The notes under the pieces are model-generated. The model saw only the letters and a list, made by a program, of their open reading frames with translations, had not been told where the DNA came from and did no database searches. The translations under genes were made by a program, and so were the position numbers. Of a DNA stretch of 64,000 bases, positions 1 to 13,262 are shown one piece after another (position 1 is the stretch's first letter; every line of letters begins with the position of its first letter). Source of the stretch: Lama guanicoe (taxonomy: Eukaryota); the NCBI GenBank assembly GCA_013239625.1, contig MU053810.1, forward strand, positions 6,172,122 through 6,236,121. Direction: 5' to 3'.

Positions 1-3000
1 AAAAACTAAAAAAACCCTCAAAAAAACTAAAAAAGAAAAAAAGTCCCAGTCCTATATCATTTACGATATATTTGTTTCTATAATAAAATTTACAAATGGA
101 TTTGTTCTGCGTCACAGAGCTTTAAAGAAAAGAAAGAAAATCAAGGAGTGAGTTGATTCTGTTTCCAGTTCCAAAGCTTTGCACCGCAAGCTGTGTATAT
201 CACTTGTGAATGTTGTAGATGTCAGTATATTTTACTTCCTTTCTTAACGGACACAGTTATCATTTTAAATGTTCTGTGCCACACAGTCTTTGGTTTTAAG
301 AAACCTATCTGGAGTGTCTGAAGGCAGAACAAATCTACCACTTGGCTTCTTAATTTTCTTTCCCCTCCCACTGATCAGAGTGGTTCTGTTTTACATCTTC
401 TTTGTTGACTAAAGGCAGGTGGTGCTTTTTGCTTTCGATCCTGCTCTCTCCTCCCTGCTCTTAATATTCAGTTAAGCAAATGGACCAGATATGTTAATCG
501 TTCTACCTTTTTATCTAAGCATCAACTTCTCTTTTCATGCCTCCTCTGAGGGTATCTCCCATGTGGCCCCTATTTTATAAACAATCCAGTGGTTTAAAAT
601 AGTTTAACAAATTACAAATTTTATTTTTATTCATTCCTCTTGTATTTTTATCTCCGAAGGTAAAGGTAGTGACCCAGGACAGCCCGTCTCTCTTGCCATC
701 CCTCTGTGACTCAGTTCCACCCATGACTGTCTATAGGGAAGGCTTGTGCTAGAAAAGGCTACAGAACGGGTCACCCTGCCCTTGCCCATCCCCTTTCAAT
801 CCATTTCCCACAAAGCAGCCAGTATGATCTTTTAAAGCTGTATATTATCCCTTGTTAAAACCCTCAAATAGTTTCCCACTGCATTTACAGTATGTTCCAG
901 ACTCTTCCTCATGCCTGTGAGGCCTGGTGGCCCCACTTGCCTCTCTGACCACAACTTCTCCAGTTTTCCCTCTTACTCAGGGGGTCAAGGGGACTGACTG
1001 GATGGTGATGGATGGAAGCTAGATTTTGGTGGTGAGCACACTGTTGCATACACAGAAGTAGAAATACAGGGCTGTACACATGAAACTTACATAACGTTGT
1101 AAGCTAATGTTACCTCAATTAAAAAAAAAAGCATTTCTTGGGCAGTCTCATTCCTTCCTGCTTTATGTTCTTCACAGCACTCGTCTGCCCCACTAGAATT
1201 TAACTCCACACAAGCAGGGACCTCACCTGCCTGTTCCCTTCTCTGTACCCCAGCCCTGGTTCTATGAGATGAGGATGCGTCAATGAAGAAAACATAAAAA
1301 GTTCCCAGAGGAGCTTCCCTAGGGGTGGGGAGGGGAGGCAGGCATTAAATGGGATAAACAAGATGAACAGGATGCTGGATGGTGACAGCGCAGCGGAGGA
1401 AAGGAAAGCAGGGGATGCTAAGGGATACTGTACGTGGCACTGAGCAGGTGACCAGACCTAGTTAGGGATGGAGAGAAGCCACCAGTCTGGGGAAGAGCTT
1501 TTGAGGCAGGGGGACCACAAGGCACCAAGGTCCCGAGGCAAGGGTGTGCCCAGAACATCAAGGAGCAGCGGTGAAACCAGGTGGCTGGAACGGAGGCTGA
1601 GGGAGACAGTGGTGGGGAGACGGCAGGCAGCCAGGTCACCCAGGGGGTTTACATCGTTGTGAGGATCTGGGCTTGGCTGTGTGAGTGGGGCATCCTTGGA
1701 GGCTTCTGAGCAGAGGAGGGACAAGATGAGAGGATGGGAAGTGGAGCACATGAGGGGAGGCTGCTCTTAGAAACATGAGAGTTCACCCACAAGAACAGGA
1801 AAGACTGTGGACCACATGCCACAGGTGCGGGTGGGCTGGGAGCTACAAGTTTCGGGAGCTGGTGGGACCTTCCTCTTGATGGCTTTTCTCAGTGCAACAG
1901 GCAGCAATATCATCAGCTGAGAGAATGTGGGTGAGGAAGGAGGTATTGGAGGTTTCCAGAGAAAGGACAGGGGAGAAAGTTTTCTAGATTAGTGGGAGAT
2001 GACTGAACTGGGGAAGCTCAGGCGGCATGGAGGACCCCCACTGAGTAGACGGGGAGCTGGACTGAACCAGGGTTTCCCAGAGCGGGTACAAGCAGCGGCA
2101 AGAAGGCCACCGAGGATGGACGAGTTCAATGACGGACCACAGAGCATAATCACATGTAGAAGACGAGGAAAAATAGCAGCAAAAAAAAAAAATGCAAGCT
2201 TGACATGAATGGAACCGGACTGATGTGGAAAAATTCTCATAGATGAAACCTGAAGGTCTGGATCCTGGGAGATTCAAGGAATGTTTATTAAATATCAGTC
2301 AACACGTATTGAATGCCTTCATTCAAGGAACCATGAGAGGTGCTGCAGAAACATACACTCTAATGCCCAGTATGAAAAAGAGTAACTCACCCAACGGTAA
2401 GTAAAAAGTTTTTATTGCATCTCAGACATGGTGTATGCGTCAGGAGTTGGACTGAAGCTGTTCGTTTTTTTCTTAATTTACCAAATTAACTATTATTATT
2501 AGGTAGATGCTTCTACTGAGGTTAAACGCATGTGCTTCTGTTATAACACGATACCCGTGTCTCCGGAAAAACCCATGCTCTACAGAAAAGGCACCGTCAG
2601 TTACAGGCTTATTGGGACAACAGGGTTGGAGCAGGTCACTCAAAACCTTTGCAGCTTTGAACACACAGCACTAGCCAAAAGGACATTTGGTACTTTGGGA
2701 GCGACCTTGGGTATCTAGGGCAGGTATTAAAGATGCATAAAAACAATCATGGAAATAAGCGATGCGAATGGATGCCAAACTCTGACCCAGCTGAGGGTGG
2801 GCGGTTATCCACGAGGAAGCAGAACCCAGAGGGCATCCTTAGGGGAGGGAGCCCTGGAGGTAGAGACTTGGAAACTTCCACATCCACTGTCTTAGTGTCC
2901 CAGACTTATCAATCACAAACGAGCCAACTGATGTCACAGAAAGAATAACTTGTCTTTGTCCTTAAGTTAAAAACAAAACAAAACAAAACACAACACAACT

Positions 3001-3101
3001 ATCTGGGAAGCATGGCTCAAAATTTAAGATTTTTTTATCCTTAGGCATAATAAAATATCATTAATTTGACTGCCCCCATGCAAAAATGACTCATAGTTTA
3101 C

Positions 3102-3179
3102 CTTCTTGACCTTGGCCTCCTTCAGTTTTTCCAATGCCAGCTTAATTTTATCAGCCTTGGCTTGAGCTTCTGCTTCTTC
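3102..3179 (-). CDS. APBB1IP: APBB1IP coding exon 4, aa 152-177 (coiled coil preceding the RA domain)
   Basis: tttcacag|GAA GAA GCA ... AAG AAG|gtaaac; 78 nt, EEAEAQAKADKIKLALEKLKEAKVKK; inside ORF 3024..3236. Confidence 0.96.
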
Positions 3180-4043
3180 CTGTGAAACAGCAAGACATTC
3201 AACACAGTCCATTAAATAATACCAGTAGGTACCCACGCCATCACTGGTGTCTTCTGGCCAAAGGCTGTATTATAGGGCACCAAATCACGTGCTTGATTTT
3301 CAGAATTTAAGTGACCGTAACAGAAATCTTAAACCCAGAGATACAGAAGACAGTCACCCTTTATATCTTAGAAATAGTAACTTCAAAGATGGAATGATGA
3401 TTCAGGGCTTCACATAGTTAGTCTGCAAAAGTCTCTGTTTGGCTCAAAACTGGGTCTAACCTGAGAAATCTCTAGGTTAATCTCAAGGGAATTGAGCACT
3501 TCCTGAAGCTATATACATTCTTTTGGATCAGTATGCGTTTGCTGGGATTCCTGGTTTTTATTAGATTCCTAAAGGGGTCTTTAACTTACCCAGAGTTAAG
3601 ACTTAGACTCCAACTGAAACTTACAATCATCAAAAAAAAAAAACAAACCCAAAAAACAAAAAAGAAAAACCAAACCAAAACCCAAAACCCCAATATTGAC
3701 AAACACACATGAGCAGGCAGAAAAGAGAATGAAATATTTTATGAGCCCAAAGCCCTTAAGATTTTTTTATGTTAATGTTCTTAGAATAGGATTATTAAGG
3801 CTCTCCTACCTATTTATAATGATAAGGAAATGAGCCGTTCTGGTTGCATTTTAATTACTTGAAAGTGGACATATATCTTCTTATACCAGTAGTTCTCATG
3901 TTGTTTTTGAGCCACATATCCCCTCAAGGAATATGCTGAAAGCCCTGAAACCCATGAAGCTCCACATATGCATTCAACTTTGCATACAGCTGAGAGTCAT
4001 GGCCTCCCTGAAATCTTCATGGATCCTGTATTAAGAGCCTCTG

Positions 4044-4804
4044 TTTTTAGAAAGGCCGTTATCAAAGACAAGAGATAACAAGTGTTGGTGGGGAAGTGTG
4101 CACTGTTGGTGGGAATGTAAACTGGTGCAGCCACTGTGGAAAACAATATGGAGATTCCTCAAAAAATTACAGGTGGAACTACCCTATGATCCAGCAATTC
4201 CACTCCTGGGCATTTATCCGAAGGAAACGAAGCCACCACCTTGAAGAGACCCGCACTCCCTTGTTCACGGCAGCATTATTCACATCAGCCAAGACATGGA
4301 AACAACCTATGTCTGAGGCTGATGAACAGATAAAGAAAATGTATACATATACAATGAAATACTATTTATCCACCAGAAAAAAGGAAATCCTGCCATTTGT
4401 GACAATATGGATGAACCCTGAGGGCATCACTGAAAAAGCTGAACTCAGAGACAGAGAGTAGCATGGTGGTTGCCAGGGACTGGGGGAGAGAGGAAATACG
4501 GCGAGGTGGGTCAAAGCATACAAACTTCCAGCGGGGAGATGAGTGAGTTCTGGGGAGCTGACACCCAGCCTGGTGACTATGGTTAACAACACTGTGTCCT
4601 AAATCTGAAAGTTGTTAAGAGAGTAGATCTTGTATGTTCCCACCACACGTACAACAAAAAGATAATTTTATGAGGTGATGAAAGTGTTAACTAACCTTAT
4701 TGTGGTAATCATTTTGCAACGTATGTGTATCTGATCATCACGTTGTATACCTTAAACTTGCACAGTATTATATATCAATTACATTTCAATAAAACTGGGG
4801 AAAA
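4044..4804 (+). mobile_element. 5'-truncated L1 (ORF2 end plus 3'UTR)
   Basis: Degenerate ORF2 C-terminus (FTAALFTSAKTWKQP), AATAAA, TSD aagagcctctg at 4033-4043 and 4805-4815 preceded by TT. Confidence 0.85.
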
Positions 4805-5036
4805 AAGAGCCTCTGCTCTCTGTGGATTGCCAATTTTCAAATAATTTTTATACAATAATTACACAATAGATCAATAAGTAGGATTTCATATTTGATTTAT
4901 ATTTCATATTTGTTCATCCAAAAGGCTTTGTAGGAACTGTCCAGGTTACTACAATTGTATTTATGAATACTAATATTAATCACACAGCAAATGCAGAAGC
5001 CACAGGAAATACAGCTAGGTTCTTACTCTAACATAC

Positions 5037-5178
5037 TTTTTTTTTTAACCACTTTTTTTGAGAAGGGTACTGAGGTTTATTTATTTAGTTATTTACTTTT
5101 GATGGAGGTCCTGGGGATTGAACCCAGAACCTCGGGCATGCTAAGCAGGTGCTCTACTGCTGAGCTATACCCTCCCCC
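5037..5178 (-). mobile_element. tRNA-derived SINE (camelid vic-1-like)
   Basis: Head GGGGGAGGGTATAGCTCAG...GGTTCAATCCC with Pol III A/B boxes, A-rich tail, approximate TSD ctaacataYtttt at 5028 and 5180. Confidence 0.85.
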
Positions 5179-5828
5179 ACTAACATATTTTTAAAGTGAC
5201 TTTCTCTAAGAAAAATCCTTAAAAGTGCCCTTCTTGCTTTGATGAGAGACATAAGTCAACACCCCAAATAAAGATGATATGAACTTCCCACCTGTTTATT
5301 TTCCTGGTATTCAGAAAGTGACTAACATCAAGTACTCTTCACCTACCTGCTCCATAACGCCCCTCCCAACTTTGACCTAACAAGTGATACAGAGATCTCT
5401 TCACCCTACTGAACACGGCTGCCAGATTCAGCAATATTCAGAAATATGTAAGGAATGCCTCCAATTCTTTATGCACTGAGCTAGGACCAGGGTCACAAAA
5501 ATGAATACATCATTTCCACAGTTCATACCAAGTTAATAGAACATTACCCCCAAAGACTGAGTTTTATCAAGGAGTGTGGCATACAAATATAGATTTTCGC
5601 CAGACTGTAATAATTTGTGAATATGGTCCTAATATATCCTTTATATGCACCAGTGTGTCCTTTTATGGGGACTCTGACTTTGCAATGAGCACATCCGGGA
5701 TCCTCATTTTTTTTTAGTATCTCAGAGCTCTGGGCAGATAAACTCATGAATGTAACTGTCACTTTGAAGAAAGAGATTGTGAGTGGCAGAAGTCAAGAGT
5801 CCTGCCATCACTGGCCCCACGGACGTAC

Positions 5829-6121
5829 CTGGGAGAGAGGTTCAGGAGGAGGTGGTGGCAGAGGAAGGTCTAGCATGGGGTCAGCCGGTGGAGGTGGTAA
5901 GTCATCCTCATATTGGCCAATACTTGTTGCAGCAACATTTGCTCCGTAACCAAGAGAAGCTGCACCACTGAAACCTGGAACTTCCAGAGACGCCGAAGGA
6001 GGCCGGTTCAAAGAGGCCTCTTTCTGGGCCTGGACTGTCCTCTGCTCAGCTTCACTTATGTCTGCTACCAGATCTGCCATGAGAGCATCTAAATCTTGGT
6101 CTTCCAGTGCATTTAAGGACT
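5829..6121 (-). CDS. APBB1IP: APBB1IP coding exon 3, aa 54-151 (second talin-binding helix, EVH1-binding LPPPP motifs)
   Basis: ctcctatcag|AG TCC TTA AAT GCA ... TCC CAG|gtacgt; 293 nt; overlaps ORF 5808..6080; contains DLPPPP and LPLPPPPP. Confidence 0.97.
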
Positions 6122-6191
6122 CTGATAGGAGAAATCACATTAACCATCAGAACAACGATTTGCACCTGGAAAATCTGAACGATGGTAATTT

Positions 6192-6780
6192 TTTTTTATC
6201 ATTTATTTTTATTGGATACATTTGACATGTAACTTACAAATTTAAGGTGTATGTGTGTTACTTTGATACATTTATGTGTTGTAATATGGTTGCCATTGTA
6301 AGGAGAGTTATCACATTACACGCTTACAATATTATTGTCTGTGTTTAATAAACTGTACATTAAATCTCTATGGCTAGTTTAGTATTCCTCACAAGTTTGT
6401 ACCCTTAAACGCCATGAAAGATGGTTATTTTAGAAAGTAAATCTGAGCACTGGTTGCAGGGGGCTGGAGGTGGGGGAAATAGGAAGAGGATGATAAAAGG
6501 GTCTGAACTTTCAGTTACAAGGTGAATGAGGTTTGAGGATCCAAGTATAACTTGATGACTGGAGTTGGTAACACTGTATTGTATAACTGAAATTTGGTGA
6601 GAGAGTAGAACTCAAATGTTCTCACACACACACAAAAGTTCAGTATGTGGGGTGATTAATGTGTTAACTTGATTGGGGGGTTCCTCTCACAATATATATG
6701 TATATCAAATCATGGAGTTGTACATTTCAGGTATCTTAAATTTTACTTGTCAGTTAAATCTCAATAAAGCTAAAAAAATT
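6192..6780. mobile_element. Two adjacent oppositely oriented L1 3' fragments (about 6192-6419 minus, 6445-6780 plus)
   Basis: L1M-type 3'UTR motifs; first fragment flanked by gatggtWattt at 6181 and 6420. Confidence 0.6.
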
Positions 6781-9331
6781 CTTTACCTTCAAAAAAGAAA
6801 AAAAGAGGGGGGAGGGAAGGGAAATATCTTCCCTATTTTGGGGGACCTCACAGGTCACTTATAAGTAAAGTCAAATCCAAGCCTGTGATTAGAATACCGA
6901 AGTAGGGAATTCTTGTACATTCTAGTACAAGATCTTAGAATTTTAGAAAGTAGGGGAGGGGAGAGGTTGGAAATGGTTGGAAAGTCCTCCTCAGGTCTTT
7001 GGAGGGCAGACAGCACCACTGGTCAATATGTCTGGAAAAAAGTAGATCTTACCCCTAGGATTTATTTACTGTTCCTTGAGACTTGGAGTTCCTGTGGGCA
7101 GCCTTCCCAATGTAGGAACTCTCACACCACAGAAAGAGCAATGAATGACACACAGCAGGAAATCAAGCACTAAGAGAGTTTAGGAGGTAAAAAGAATTTT
7201 AATTGGAATTGACTGGTAAAGACTTCGTAAGACAGATTGCTGGGAGCTCACTGTCAGAGGAAAGGGCAGCCCCGGATTTCCTGAGTAGGGGTGAGGGGGA
7301 CGGTTCTCACTGGGATTCCTGCCATGTGTGACTCCGGTGGGGGTCAGACATGTGATCCTGAAAGCTGTCAGACCACAGGGCACACAGGGAGTGGTGTTGG
7401 GGAGTCGTGTTGGCAGGGCGCTTTGAGATCAGGCAGTCGCCAGATAGCGAGTGTCATGGACAAAGGATGACCATGAGGCGGAGAATTCTAGCTGCATTGT
7501 GCAGCATAAACTAGGAGGAAATGGGGGTGGTGGAAATGAAGCTTACTCAGTAACAAATCAGCAGAAAGCATGGTGAAATAATGTATTGCCAAACATCATT
7601 ATCGTAAACAGCCTGGAGCATTTTACATTCACACTGCTAGTTATATGTACAGCACGTGGACTGAAGTCCGGATCTCCCAAGTGTGTAAAAAGGGTTTGTT
7701 TCCTTCTAAGCCATCACTTTCTGGGCATATAACTTTTTCATAAAATTAAGTGAAATTCATTTTAAAAAACCTCAGAGAAAAGATATGTTCAACTAATGAA
7801 GCATAGTCAGAATTTTCTAGCGTTACCAATTACATTGTGACTCTTGGCACATAAGCAAATGATTTTAATCCTTTAGAAAGATTTTGGGGACAAAATTCCC
7901 ATAATCACACTTATATTAACAATTTCCAAAGCAAATTATAATCCTAACATATCAGTATGGAACTGAGTGGTAAGGAACTAGGGATTCTGTTTGGAAGTCT
8001 GTCACTAATTCTCTAAATGACTTTGGGTGAAACAGTTTTTTGACTCATTTTAAGCAACGCTTTCAGTGAAGACGGTAAAAAAATCTATTTCTATTTTAAT
8101 TCCCAACAAATTTAATTTTCAGGACACATCAGTACTTTCTTTATCGTCTTGTCTCCTTACTGACATGAGTTTCTTGTTACTGTACTTTCATGTTATTATG
8201 TTTATATATTGCTGGGTTTCTTGGTTTCTGTCATTTTCAGTAATTTTTTGATACTGGGTACTAAGTGTTTCAAAAGCATTAGTTGAGATGACTACAACTA
8301 CATTATTGATTATATTTGAATTTTAACTGAACTGATAAAGTATCCAGTTGTTATGAGAGTGTCAGGCAAACCTGCATTGTTCACATGTCCAAGTATACGT
8401 TCACTATTAATGTCATAATTTTACAAAAGTGTGTTGGTTTTTTGAAACTTCATGAATGTTACCATCATTCCATGTTGCAATGAAAATGACTGACAAATAA
8501 TTTTATATGGCAAATAGGAAAAAAGGGAAAGTAGAAGAGATGTATTATAATTTATCGAGATACAGGTATTGGCACCTTTAGGGTTTATCAAAAAATTATT
8601 GAAAACAACAGAAACTCAGTGACAGAAATAAAATTTGGAACTCTGGATTTCTGTAACTGGGATACTCTATTATCCTGTTTCTCATTCTTTTGATAGGCAC
8701 TGCAAGTCTTTGAAAAACCTTTTTCAAGAGTTGCAGTGAATTCTCATTTATTTGGAAGCAATTATTTTAGGATTCATTGTAATTTGAATAGCACATGGGC
8801 TAAGGATTGTCAAACACTAAATAGGAAGAGAGAGTTTTGTTAGTAAAAGAACATGATGATCTCTGGGAGAATATAAAAAATGTCAAATAGAGCAAATATA
8901 TTATATGTTAATTATTAAATAAAAATATTCTTGATGCATCTATTCATATATTATCAGTCAAGATGAAATGGGCAGTTCATTAATCTCCTTGAATTAATTT
9001 CCTTCTTAATATTTTCATATACTACTGTAACTTATTACTCCAATGACTTAATAAGAAGAAGAAACTTTCTTTACTTTAAAAAAATAGTTTTTAGACTTTC
9101 TGCAAATGCAGGATAGTGTTCCTTTCCACTATAGGCGAAAATATCTTCTTGGCCTTTCAATTCAATCCAAGCACAATAAAACACCATCTGAATAAAATCC
9201 AGGACTTTAAAAATGATCCTTGTCATGATGTCCAGGTTCCTTAAATTTTGTTTTTAAAACTAGACTTCTGTACACATTTTAGTCACCATTATGATTTCAA
9301 ATTACTTAAGAAAAGAAATGATTATGCTTAC

Positions 9332-9419
9332 CATTTAAATCCTTAAAACCCACACTATAGTTAAATTCAGTTCTGGGCGGCTTAGGTTCCGGAGGAGGGA
9401 GAGTGTCGACTCCTAAACT
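9332..9419 (-). CDS. APBB1IP: APBB1IP coding exon 2, aa 25-54
   Basis: ttttcacag|AGT TTA GGA GTC GAC ... TTA AAT G|gtaagc; 88 nt, SLGVDTLPPPEPKPPRTEFNYSVGFKDLN; phase-1 end matches the next exon. Confidence 0.96.
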
Positions 9420-10957
9420 CTGTGAAAAGAGATCATCATCCCCCAAAGTTATTCATGATACTAACATTTTTGCAGTGCAATTGAATCAGTAAGTAAAATG
9501 TCATTTTTTTTTGTTTGTTTTCTCTACATATGTTCTTTAAAAACTGTATTCTTACTTGAACATGTTTTAGGTGATTTTTTTTCCCCCTACAGAAAATTGC
9601 AAGTTAAAAATTATTCTAGAAGGTACATCTTGAAACAAAATAGGTCAACTGAGACTAATGAGAATGAGATTGTTCATTTTTATAAAACAACAGAAAAAAT
9701 TTCTTGTACTGATGCATTTATGACACACCTACTACACACAATTCTGTAAGGACTTAAGTTATGACACCAAATAAAGGAATATTTAATCACTCAAAGATAA
9801 AAGCTGTTTCAGGAGGCGGTCTGCTATTATGGAGTAAGATTTTAATCCTGTTATTTTTATTTAATAAAACTCTTGTTAAAAAGAAATTAAGACAGAATAA
9901 ATTACTAGTTTTGTAAATAACATTTTTTAAATTGAAAAAGTGACTTCTTTGATGATTTAAAAGCTACATTACACATATAATTTAAATTTCTAAAAATACT
10001 TTTACATCCATAGTTTGAGAAGTGGTTTCACTGGTTCTTAATACATGAATGTTTTCATGAAAGTGAGTGCTTCCTTTGACATTAATTTGATTTGGTAAAA
10101 AAAATCCTTGTTCATGTCTTAAATTTCTGAAGGAAATCAATCATTATATGTTTGTGGGTAATTAATGAGGTATAACCAGTTACAAGTAGGAAAAAAAAAG
10201 ACCATTAATCAAAACGTTAAAAAAAAATGAACCCAAGCAAGTTAGAATCAAGGATAAAATGCAGGGAAAAGTGATTGAAACCCCAGAATTCATTAAAAAA
10301 AACAGGATGACCATGCAAAAGTTGCCGAGAAAAGGGAAGATTGATGGAGAAACAATGGGGGTGAATAAGAGGACAAAAAAGTTAGTGAAAGAAAGTAAAA
10401 AAAAAAAAAGATTTCATTAACCAGTTGATTTTTAAATGCTATAACTTGAGGTCTGACATCACAATGAGGGTAGCCAACTCATTTTTTTTTCCCCCTCAGG
10501 AATATAATTTACTATGCTACCCAAAGAAATGAGAAGTAGTTCTCTAACAAAATACGAATACATGAATGTGTGATATACCAGACTTTGAGTAAAACGTAGA
10601 GAGGGAAAGAAGAGAGAGGAAACGGTTGTAAGAGGGAACTCCTTTACTCACAGGAAAGTCATTCAAAGCCCAGCGATTTTTCTCTGTATGTCTGGTGTGG
10701 CCTCTCAAATGATTTTAGGTCATATACAAAAATCACAAGTCAAATTTTAAATTATTGTGTATCAACTTTGGATGTTTATTAAGAAAAATTGAGTTAGAAT
10801 ATTTAACCTACTTGAGATGCAGTTTAATTTAAAAAATCAATTAAAGACAAATATTAAGAAAATAATAAAGACACGCAAAAGATCACAAAGATGATATGTG
10901 AATGACTGAAGTTTGAGAAGACTATTCCACAGTAACCTCCTCGAAAGTCACATGCTT

Positions 10958-11140
10958 GATAAACAACAAGGACCTACTGCACAGCACAGGGAACTATATT
11001 TAATGTCTTGTAATAAGCCATAATGGAAAAGAATCTGAAAAGACATATGTATGTATGTATAACTGAGTTCCCCTGCCATACACTTGAAACTAACACTGTA
11101 AATCAACTACACTTCAATACAAAATAAAATTTTAAAAAAC
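10958..11140 (+). mobile_element. L1 3' end fragment
   Basis: gataaacaacaaggacctactg..agcacagggaactatatt...gtaaatcaactacacttcaat followed by an A-rich tail. Confidence 0.75.
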
Positions 11141-11993
11141 AACCCCCCAAATCAATATTTTAAAAAACACCCCCCCAAATCATACGCTTGAAAACGTATT
11201 TCATTAAAAGCTGCATAACAGTGATTTTCTAACTCTTCATTCTTTTTCAGTGTTTAATTGGAATTCTGCCATAAAGAAGAACTTTTTCTCATCAATGATT
11301 TGCTCACTCTGAAATATGGTTTGACTAGGATTATAGAAAGACTGACATAAATGCTTGATTCTTTTCTTTCTTTATCAGTTTTCAGAGTAATATGTTAATG
11401 TCTGGCAATTTCCAATGGCAACCAATGAAGTAGTGTTGTTTTTGCTTTTTACTAGTATCATTATGAACTCATAGTTTATTTTTTGCCATGTAGAAATTTA
11501 GAAGTTTATGTATTTAAATATTTCATTCTTTTATGGCTTGTAGGTATCCATTTCTTGCTTAGGAAAGCTACCCACATCTTCAAATTGCATAAATGGTTCT
11601 CTCATGTTATCTTCTCTACATATCCCATATATTTAGATCTGTGTTTCATGGAACTCATTTAGTGTAAAGTGTGCGGGGGAAATTCAGCTTTTGATTTTTT
11701 TAGATGTGTTACCTAACACAATTTATTAAATAACTCTTTTTCCTACTTATTTAGAATGCCACTTTGATCAGATTTTAAATTCTTGTTTCTATTTGTATCT
11801 AACTCTGTTTCATGAATCTGTGTTAATGTATCATTACTCCTTTTTCATATTTTTCTGGCTATCTGTGTATTTGAATTTTTTTTGTATGTAAATAGTAGAA
11901 ATGACTTCATCCCCCTTCCCCACAAAATGTCCAGTTAATATATGTACTGGTTTCTAGACTTTATGTGTACAGGTATCTATGTAGACACATACA

Positions 11994-12001
<8 letters not shown>

Positions 12002-12032
<31 letters not shown>
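12002..12032. repeat. (AC)n microsatellite
   Basis: About 15 uninterrupted AC units. Confidence 0.95.
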
Positions 12033-12034
<2 letters not shown>

Positions 12035-13190
12035 GAGTGAGAAAAAGAAACAGAAACAGACCGGTGGTGGTGATGGCGTAGCATGTTAATTAATGAGAAA
12101 TCTGGGAGAAAAGTAAATGACAGTTCTTTGTATTTTTCTTCCAACTTTTCTCTCAGCTTGAAATTATTTCAAAATAAAAAAGTTACTGTAACATTATTAT
12201 ATTGTAGTTCCTTGATTTTTGCTTATTTTGAAAAATTAGGAAGCCTACGGCTAACCCACCCATTTCAACCCCACCCTTGTTTTCAAGAACGGAACAGGCA
12301 CAGAATTCACAAGTGGGGATCAAAACATAAGCTTTTCAAACGGCTGGGAAGACACTCGATCACCCCAAAGGGCAGCTGAAAACGGGGGCAGCTGAAAATG
12401 GCTGAATCAAAGAACAGATTTTAGACCCAGGGACAAAGCGGGGCTTTACTTTACTCCAAAACTTACTTTCACCCTGACCTACCTGTTCGGAGACTAGTTT
12501 TAGCCAAACCAACCCTGTGACTACACGCACTCGAGCACAATAAAGAAAAGATCAAAGCCCAGAAAAGCCTTAAGTGAAGTCAAATCCAGGACACCTGTCA
12601 TTAGTCAGAACCCCTTTTCTCTAAGCCTGTTCTCCCATCTTTTGTCTCTTCTTTCATAGAATTTAAATTTTCTCAAATTTTATACAAGCAGACACCAACT
12701 AATATTGATTTATTGTTCCTAAAATAATATTTTAAACAATATAGATTATTCTTCATTTATTTTGTAGAAAACTTTAAGACCCCTGACTTATTTAGGAATA
12801 CTGGATGATTCTTTTTTTAGTGTTTTATGCAGAAGGTGATGAACTGACTAGTTTTTATAGAAAGGTGGCTGCAGGGGAAATTGTTCAGCGGCGGTGGCGG
12901 TTGTGGAAAGTTTGCTTGAGGAAAATTCCTCCACTGGCTAAATGTTTGAACATGGCGAGCATGAGAACATATGTGTGACCCATGTATTCCATTAACTGAA
13001 CTCAGCAGGGTATGATCAGGGAAAAAAGCTTTATTTTTCTGCCTACTGCTGTCACAGTTACAGGAGGAAAATATATAATATTGTCAATTTCCAGTCTTTT
13101 CTTTTTTTTAAATAGCTCTCTTGTCATATGAAACTCAAATTCTGTGACTCTATTTTTTTTCTAACTTGAAAGTTAAGAAGGGGAATTTAC

Positions 13191-13262
13191 CTGGGTCAGA
13201 AGATCCATCTCTCCCAGCAAATTGCTGAACATTTGGTCTATATCTTCGTTTGACTCACCCAT
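13191..13262 (-). CDS. APBB1IP: APBB1IP first coding exon, aa 1-24 (most of talin-binding site 1)
   Basis: Minus strand tttttcag|ATG GGT GAG TCA AAC ... ACC CAG|gtaaat; 72 nt, MGESNEDIDQMFSNLLGEMDLLTQ. Too short for the ORF track. Confidence 0.96.

Noticed and set aside
1..3101. Next APBB1IP exon (RA domain start)
   Set aside because: No matching coding sequence seen; the region looks like L1/L2 relics and intron, so the exon probably lies outside the window.
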